NCBI GenBank assembly: GCA_032718475.1
Contig: JAUCBJ010001428.1
Coordinates: 854-64,853 of the forward strand
Source: Nemertoderma westbladi
Taxonomy: Eukaryota > Animalia > Xenacoelomorpha
Length of the DNA: 64,000 nt
Reading direction: 5' to 3'
Below the pieces are notes generated by a model. It was not told where the DNA came from and did not search any database. It saw only the letters and a list, made by a program, of their open reading frames with translations. The position numbers were made by a program, and so were the translations under genes. The first letter of the stretch is position 1. Each line of letters begins with the position of its first letter. Positions 58,401 through 64,000 of this stretch are shown one piece after another.

Positions 58401-60601
58401 AATACTTCAGGCCTAACAGGTTGACACATTGTTACAGGGGGTGTTGGTATGCCCCTTTTTACATTTACTAATTTATCGCGTTCTAGCGCGATACTTTGCT
58501 GCACTTCTTGTAGCTCTAACCTACTTTCCCTGACAGTTCCCTTGAACTGGTGGACCGTCTCCCGCATCTGTCCGAGCAGGACATTCATCCCTTTCCGTCC
58601 CTCCTCCACCCACTCGACCGCCGAAGCGGGAGTCGCCAACGTTGTGGCGGGCGGGCGAGGGACTACGGGCGACCAATCCATACGCTCGGAGTCCATGACA
58701 GGAACCATTTCAGGGGCTGTTCTACTAGGCACTGATAGTTTCGTGCTGTGTAAAGGGAATTTAGAGGTTGCTCCCTGGAATACAGGTGTCTCTAGCACCG
58801 AAGTGGTGGCTTCGAGAACAGGCCTAATTATTTCAGGTTCATCTGTTATAGTAGGGAGTCTACTTACAGTAACAATCCGGTCTGTGTGTTCTGTACTCGC
58901 TACGGCTGTGCTAGCTAGTTGTCTTCTAACAGCTGGAGGTAAATCAGGCAATTTCTGACGGGGAGACGTTCTTTTACGCCTACTTAGACGAGATCTATTT
59001 CCTCCACCTTCAGGGTCGGTGGTATCTCCTTCATCAGAGGAGGTAAATCCCTGTCGTTTGGAAGTAGATCGACTCATCATCTGCATTCGACTATCCGTTA
59101 ACCGTTTATTTATACTATCTTGACTTTCCTGAATATTTTCCAACGCTAGCTGGGCGATCTCGTCAGACGCTCTCCTTTCTGCTTCTGCCAATGCCTCCGC
59201 CGCTTTTCTTTCTGCCTCTGCCACTGCAGTCTTTCTTTCTGCCTCTGCCGCCTTTCTTGCTGCTTCTGCCTCTGCCTCTGCTGCCTTTCTTTCTGCCTCT
59301 GCCACTGCAGTCTTTCTTTCTGCCTCTGCCGCCTTTCTTTCGGCTTCTGCCTCCTTTCTTTCTGCTTCTGCCTCCGCTGCCCTTTTTGCCGCTTCCACTG
59401 CCGCTGCCGCTTTTGCCGCTGCTTCTGCCTTTCGGTCCTCTATCTGTTTTTTCTTGACTTGTTCTTCCTGGGCTCTAGCGATGCGGAGTTGTTCATCAAA
59501 TTTAGCTTGGTTTGCAGCTAACATTTCCGTATCAATTGCGTCCAACACATGCTTGGTTCCTTCACTATTAGGGGAAAGTCCAGCCAGCCTTCTTCTCAAC
59601 TCCTCGTCTCCTAGGAATCTCTGATAGTCTGACAGATAGATATCAATGTCGTCTCTCGGTCGCGGTCCCTCTGCTGTCACTTCACTTTCCACTTGAGAAA
59701 AGGTGGCATCGGTTGATTCTTCGTAGGTTGGTCGCTCAGCCAACCGGGATTTCCACTGGGCTGTTTCTTGAACTTTGAGTCCTACCCGCTGGAACCAAGT
59801 CTTGACAGCAACTTGCAGAGACGTGTCCTGCCTTCTTTTGGAAGTTTCCTCAAAGGCCGATAGGATCAGTCTAATACGTAGAGTTCTTTCACGTACTTGA
59901 TAAAGCAGCTCTTCCTGCTCTTGAGGTCGTTTTGGTTGTCGAAACAGTTGTTCTTCTAGTCTCTCTAAAGAGCCGAAGAATCCCTGCACATATCCTGCTG
60001 CCGACCTCTTCCAAACAGCTGGATCCATAGTATCTTTAGTCACTCCCATCCGGTATATGTCTTCCCAAGTAGCTTCTGACAAATCTAACGGGAATCCGAG
60101 TCCGGGAAAATTCCATTGTGACTCGACAATAGACATCAATTCTTCCCTTGCGTAGCCCGCATAACTATCCTGGGTCGATCGCTTATTTCTCGCCCAATCG
60201 CCTTGGTGTTCCTCCACCGCAATCAAGATCGTAGTTAGTACCGCGGCTGGAAGAGTAAGAAGGGGATCCGAGTAAGCTGTACCCACCATCTTCACTCCGC
60301 GTTCGGGGGTCAGCTCTACAGTATCCGAACCACTGGAGCTATCGGGTCTCTGGGGAGTAGGTTCTTGACCAAGATGTTGCTGCGATAGAACAGCTGCCTC
60401 TTGGTTCCGTTTGACCTGGGCCCGAGTGCCTATGATAGACCTATGGTGGATTAGCCTAGGGTCTGATACTACGGGAGGGATGACCTTTCTTTTAGTAGGA
60501 GGTGAACTAAACTCTTCTCTTAATCGTTCCACACTCCTATCTTTGTCACAGATGGTGACATCGAGTAGACTATCCGACAGGTTTTGTTGTGTGTCAGACA
60601 T
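52421..60601 (-). CDS. gag-pol: BEL/Pao Gag-Pol polyprotein (2726 aa) with long N-terminal extension
   Basis: FNGD..KW..F Gag motif; triple knuckle CVLC..H..C, CYNC..GH..C, CAKC..HH.LLH; LLDSGS (PR); YLTHH, RVVFDGS, DIEGMFLQV, YMDD (RT); FGDAS, PRVEL, WTD, NPADIASRG (RH); H..H..CIPC, GVDLFGP, SDKGTNF, WERLI (IN). Confidence 0.98.
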   Translation of the reverse strand: MSDTQQNLSDSLLDVTICDKDRSVERLREEFSSPPTKRKVIPPVVSDPRLIHHRSIIGTRAQVKRNQEAAVLSQQHLGQEPTPQRPDSSSGSDTVELTPERGVKMVGTAYSDPLLTLPAAVLTTILIAVEEHQGDWARNKRSTQDSYAGYAREELMSIVESQWNFPGLGFPLDLSEATWEDIYRMGVTKDTMDPAVWKRSAAGYVQGFFGSLERLEEQLFRQPKRPQEQEELLYQVRERTLRIRLILSAFEETSKRRQDTSLQVAVKTWFQRVGLKVQETAQWKSRLAERPTYEESTDATFSQVESEVTAEGPRPRDDIDIYLSDYQRFLGDEELRRRLAGLSPNSEGTKHVLDAIDTEMLAANQAKFDEQLRIARAQEEQVKKKQIEDRKAEAAAKAAAAVEAAKRAAEAEAERKEAEAERKAAEAERKTAVAEAERKAAEAEAEAARKAAEAERKTAVAEAERKAAEALAEAERRASDEIAQLALENIQESQDSINKRLTDSRMQMMSRSTSKRQGFTSSDEGDTTDPEGGGNRSRLSRRKRTSPRQKLPDLPPAVRRQLASTAVASTEHTDRIVTVSRLPTITDEPEIIRPVLEATTSVLETPVFQGATSKFPLHSTKLSVPSRTAPEMVPVMDSERMDWSPVVPRPPATTLATPASAVEWVEEGRKGMNVLLGQMRETVHQFKGTVRESRLELQEVQQSIALERDKLVNVKRGIPTPPVTMCQPVRPEVFHAQGVEPTRIYTASEVETPIANPIKGDYKPVCNDIPYRPDNNPRNLYTDNSILNNTMAQESFMRQMARTEARQAVKVGEIVKFNGDEMKWLPFNEYYEDSIQNSVLSSGEKLRFLIKCLEGPPKLMALKFIGHPNGLRQVWDTLNTRYGNKDNIAKYLYAKLVAPRKFLSNEIIEFSDEIQEICRQLDWLGKSHEYQSSMVIGAIVSTLPKGGVCTRWDKKVLYMMEQQRRSPTMADLMLFLDGEVKLQLIKQSREKTSENKVSEKPVTRRRVNPVCYTDDGESQASQEEDSGKDTDHSYYVNKTPRDVSKYKPRTNDRRDKATKTPPQSPNRIQVRKPEERAKVHNITQGKVSNIKPNCVLCDGPHRLSACTEFFKKFLVARREVVWDKRLCYNCLRPGHQRRNCYSDIKCAKCGAKHHVLLHSEFERNHPSQVSEPELHVQFSDVNDTDQGSEWEGFYTDEFSDANESCYLINTTVYRALTYEKDTDTEFPLTTFDRQPSWKAPTSNVGIREFPVVQVRVHGPNKSYIVNALLDSGSTGTFIDKELAEDIFAGQPKFRTKLNMSGIMQVWKSTITADYYVGALSTPQDKLGEQSIRSVKMVAIKNFATTQADLYNWDEDESIQHLKIPRFQTDYPGVQILIGQNAHEALETLEKRPAQPQPLQTYAVRTRVGWYFTGPSRRTLEERLPQDRLLQVKDWEEESSEVDEPTEGTPYSSDNDDIYQLFEEENTIDLLTENKLWNDQRTLCQLIRPSGPIDYNDELNDEIERYNARTRDELAVRFFTQELVEPNSYDKALSIEEERAKQIQETTTRFLKEQGRYEIGLPFRKREPRFINNRPLAEKRIAQLHRRLTANASAKEMYQTQLKKFISKGYAERVPEETPITERTYYLTHHYVPKPGKPHEVRVVFDGSALYMGQSLNSELLPGPNLLQSLLGILLRLRQYSIAFASDIEGMFLQVKALDRDRDSLRFLWWPEGDLKQKPVEYWMTIQAFGIISSPSNACSVVRTTADDNRDAFSKEVIDNIKKDIYMDDNLKSLPSVKEAIDVAKGTVECLKRGGFRLTKFTSNSREFLEAIPVEDRGTKDLDLIKDDLPETKTLGLKWDTERDILFFQLKQRENPVRTKRICLSILSTYFDPLGFISPVILIARSLVQQMWLENHSWDDPLTGELLKKWMKWEDSLPAIENFIIPRSYFGHVLPTYSYQLHVFGDASDMGIGIVAYLRVETPDGIKVALVTSKALINNKLKVPRVELKAALYATAIGRNVTEQIDYPLEKTVYWTDALLVLEYITNEVCQFSVFVTNRVAIILSRTTIDQWRHCPGTINPADIASRGATPQELIDTPDWLSGPDFLSKEEDEWPPHLTTAEIRQAKGAEKVKPKTRASKSKLFKPTIDLSVLHASGNDAADPQSLVTNKSVVEIKDRDWKSGIPDVSQGISPLLQRAIHHYSSWNRLCKAVAYLKRCFHHRYSKTKTTTNDTAPLTSVQVHAIKDLPKYKIPDRFLKEKISYQEHEEANKQILRLLQCYEDSDKYFLLLRNPQMRLRDRFSSTMIDGLIRVGGRLTNAPLSFDTKFPILIRNLEVQIKMIVDVHSKLYHAGRERVLSEIRTRYYFYKPRRALNQVLRNCIPCRKAFSRPLTQREAELPRERVSFYEPPFTNTGVDLFGPIEVYRARTIVKRWCVIFVCMTCRAIHLDMVNDLSTNSFVLSLRRQIARFGTSHTMRSDKGTNFIGANNEIQAYVKDWNQRQVDDQLRITASSWTFNAADAPWWGGSWERLIRSVKTAFHFIVPCRAYLTDELLRTLMEEIAAYLNERPLMPVSSSPDSLEALTPAHFLLKKPVAMLPQSEIADGDEYCRRTWQLMQLLSRRFADHFEKHYLPTLQLRTKWFAQQENVSAGDMVLIVDPDLPRRRWQTGRIIETHISEDGLVRSVELVVMRRNFKKPGIIFETQQLNRPVGRLCLLERDRELSGNYGKQETLPTTTSLIPQTSRGSST
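59170..59432 (-). repeat. Coding repeat AEAERKA(A) (coiled coil) in the Gag N-terminal extension
   Basis: TTTCTTTCTGCCTCTGCC-type units in frame. Confidence 0.85.
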
Positions 60602-61884
60602 ATTTAGTTATACAGTTGAATGCCTACTGCTATAGTTACAGTTAAAGCAAGTCCAGTAATTCAGTAGGACTGCTGGCCTAGTACCGGTAATTAATTACAA
60701 TATATTAGGATACCGGTATACACTTATAATATATATAAGTATTGTAAACTAGTTTTGTCACAGAGTACCGGTATATAAATTTAGCACAAATATATAAATA
60801 TATAATAGGCCTATCGTGAATACCGGTATACAGTTTACACTGATAGTATATATAAGTATAATTATGGACTAGAATTAATTACAGAGTACCGGTATGATTT
60901 CCGCTCAAATTTATAGAAATAAATATAATAAGCCTATCGTAAATACCGGTATGTCAATTATTTTAGAATAATTGAATTTCTGAATATTTTAGGGTTACTT
61001 GGTTACTTTAACTTACTTTGTTACCGTTATTTAAGCAGTAGTCCAACTGATATTGAGACCTAGTTGTTGTATGACAGACCTACTAGTTTATAAATCTTTT
61101 AAGTTGATTTATAATATATATATATATACCCTGATAAGGGGTTTTGTTACAATACTGAAATAGATGTTACTATTTCTGGGAAATAATCACTACACAGAAG
61201 CTGTGCGCTCTCAGTGAAGTGCTACTTATTAGACACTAAAACGAATAATTCTACTGGCCTACGTTACTTATCTATTAATTACTTACAATATTGTTGAGAT
61301 TACAATCTCTAATAAACTCACGAAAAGACTATACGTACGAAATTTTTAGGGCAATTTAACAGGGAAACTACAAACCAGTCTAACAAAGGGTTAGAACTTC
61401 TGGTTATTACAACGGATAGGATACTACAGTATTTGAAAATAATAAGCAGAAGTAAATATACTGCGTTGTCCAGATAGGAAAATACCACCGCCTGACGACC
61501 TACAGCCGTATCGCTATAGGTACTACGTTATGTATCACGGAGTGTTCCTACCTAGAGGTTAATAGAACAAACGTGCCTATGAACCACTTTACAACACAAA
61601 TATAATGCCTACACTAATTACTTTCGGAAAGCACTGTACACTAAACCCTAAGTTAGGTACAAGTACTTGTAAAACAAATAACCTGCAGTTAAATATACTT
61701 GAACAGTTAAAAGAACCACAGCATCTGCTGGAGTGACCGGGGCACAAAGTCACCAGTCTTTACCTACGCCAAGCAGCCCGTGTAGTACCGGGGTTAATTT
61801 AACTATAACGGTATGTATAACAAACACAATTACTGTAGGAATAAACTTGGGGACATGAATGTTGCGAGTAATCGCATAAACTCT

Positions 61885-62450
61885 GAATAATAAATATTAC
61901 GCTACCCGTACAGAATACTCAAATAAAATACAAACTAAAATGCTGGCGGACTACTATCAAGCCTAAACAAACTACAGTATGTGCAGATTCTGAAATTGTT
62001 AGTTAGTATGCGTGCTAATACGGTAGTACGACTTATTCTTTAAGAGGGGGTTGACCTTACAACTACGAGTTGCCCCAACTTACTAACTGGCACTTTATCA
62101 GACTTACTCTACACACGCAGCAATTCCTTCAGACCCAACAACAGCCAGACAACAATCCAGCCTACAAAATATCTGAATAATATTACGGTACCTGAACAGA
62201 CTATACAAACAATACAGGATAAACGCTGACGGACTACTATCAAGCCTAAATAAACCACAGTATATGCAGATTCTGAAATTGTTAGTTAGTATGCGTGCTA
62301 ATACAGTAGTACGACTTATTCTTTAAGAGGGGGTTGACCTTACAACTACGAGTTGCCCCAACTTACTAACTGGCACTCTATCAGACCTACTCTACACACG
62401 CTGTAATCTTCAAGCCTAACAACAGTCAGACAACAGTCCAGCCTACAATG
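61885..62450. repeat. 283-bp tandem duplication in the BEL 5' leader
   Basis: CGGACTACTATCAAGCCTAAA...TAAGAGGGGGTTGACC... occurs twice at offset 283 (62041 and 62324). Confidence 0.92.
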
Positions 62451-62809
62451 ATCTGAACAATCTGAGCAGACTTACACGTCTTCAGCTCAATATTAACTTA
62501 CTAGGAAATAAAACCGACAGAAATAAGTAGAATCTCAATAAAAAATCAGGGCTGCAGTCCCTGATTAAGTACTAAGGCCTACCGGTATACAATAATCAAA
62601 ATCGAATAATACTAATGTACTTATACAGCAGTACTGGTTATGACAGTTGGGCCTACTGACCTACAGAAGTACCGGTTCTGACAGTTGGACCTACGGACCT
62701 ACAGCAGTGCCGGTTCTGGCAGTTGGGCCTACTGACCTACGGAAGTACCGGTTCAGGTTTACCGATCGACCGGTGCTTAGCAACCTTATTGCTTACTGCA
62801 ATAAGATCA

Positions 62810-62820
62810 ATGACTGTTAT
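62810..62820 (-). other. 11-nt PBS ATAACAGTCAT complementary to the element's own LTR (63574-63584)
   Basis: + strand ATGACTGTTAT abuts the LTR; its reverse complement ATAACAGTCAT is at 63574-63584 and 46165-46175. Confidence 0.8.
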
Positions 62821-64000
62821 TGTACGCGCTTTTGGAGACCTTTAGCAGTTTAACCTGCCAAAATTTATATGTCTTTAGTTGGTAAATTAACTTTATAAGA
62901 TGACAAGATTTAATACAAAATAAACACAACATTAGCCGAAACCAGCCTAGTGCGCGTTCATTCACCCGCTGGATATTCCCGGGAGACTGGATTCGTATGC
63001 TTAGATTTATTGCAGTGAAGCCTACTTGTATTATTCGATTGATCACTAGTATATAATCTCTGGCAAATATTATTCACTTTCGGGAAATATTAGCAGTTCC
63101 TTTCGGACGTGGCGTTCTATCTATGTAAACAAAGTTATGACTTACACCAAACACAACGATATGGCTTAGATTTCACGTATGAGACGCATTCTTTAGGAGA
63201 TGCTTAGTTATCAGTCTCAATCACAATCATACACACTACCGGTACCACACAATACTGCTCACTGGTTTGCCGACAGTCACTGACTTTGATCACGTATAAA
63301 GAGAATAGCGCTTGACTCAAGTAGTGGCTACCAAATAGCATTATATTCACTACAAACCACTATAATATAAGTCGCAATCGTTGTATGTAAACTGTCTCTC
63401 TAACCTGTAGTGTATCAAGAAAATTGGGAACTTTGGGTTCTTTATATGTGTTCTCCAAATAATATTCAACCAAACAACAGTAAAATAGCAGTATAATGAT
63501 ATATTGAACCGATAATGTAAGAACTGATTAGAAAATAAGGTATGAAATATGATAAGAACTGTGATATGCACTGATAACAGTCATACGCTCTATAATCTAA
63601 GACTACTAATGTTTCTTATAAAGTTATAAAAATACGTGATTCCAGAGCCGTTCTTCCTGGCTTAGAATCCTCAACAACACACTCGTGACTACTCCCTATA
63701 CAAGGGTACCAGCTACCCTTATTCCACGAAGCTCTCACCCACCACAGAGAATGAGCATACAGATAGGAAATTCAGTTCAGTAGATCTGTGATAGGTCAAA
63801 ATCAAAACCAACTCAAATCCTATTGGCAGATACAGAAAGCAGGGCTATGGGGCAACCTTCCCAAGCTGGTTGGACGATCAAACATAGCCCAGATCCCTTC
63901 GCACAGCAAATCAGCCAATCAGCCGGTAGCTTGCACTATTCGAGTTATAGATCCCTTTTGAGAGTATTCTAGCGCCAGGGGGGAACTGGTTAGCAAGGCG
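62821..64000 (-). repeat. 5' LTR of BEL/Pao element (truncated by window end)
   Basis: Near-identical to 45413-46591; minus-strand TATAAGAA at ~63613-63620 and AATAAA at 63006-63011. Confidence 0.97.

Larger units (their letters stand above)
45413..64000 (-). mobile_element. Giant BEL/Pao LTR retrotransposon (~18.6 kb; 5' LTR runs ~30 bp past the window end)
   Basis: Direct LTRs starting TGTACGCG at 45413 and 62821; intact 2726-aa Gag-Pol with BEL motifs; extra 1417-aa ORF; predicted TSD AAACC (45408-45412, right copy not visible). Confidence 0.96.

Noticed and set aside
52548-60635. Short plus-strand ORFs antisense to gag-pol
   Set aside because: Shadow frames of a long coding sequence; no independent evidence.

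Overview
AT-rich eukaryotic (probably invertebrate) genomic DNA dominated by repeats and retroelements. Bases 1-13071 are a 39-bp satellite with a ~2.1-kb higher-order period, interrupted by an intact 4.57-kb Ty3/Gypsy element (identical 258-bp LTRs, GAGTG TSD, GGGAAAC -1 frameshift site). Its primer-binding site matches the 5' end, not the 3' end, of tRNA-Lys. The middle holds two exons of an unknown spliced gene, a 36-bp hairpin minisatellite, MITEs, a tRNA-derived SINE, an intronless TXNDC11-like gene and a decayed RTE-type LINE. From 45413 to beyond the window end lies a young, very large (~18.6 kb) BEL/Pao element, the most interesting system here. It has no tRNA-type PBS; instead an 11-nt PBS is exactly complementary to a site in its own LTR, suggesting Tf1-style self-priming. 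It also carries a separate 1417-aa accessory ORF with a WRN/Mut-7-like DEDDy 3'-5' exonuclease domain and three CCHC zinc knuckles. All calls come from motif reading and alignment by eye; no searches were run.
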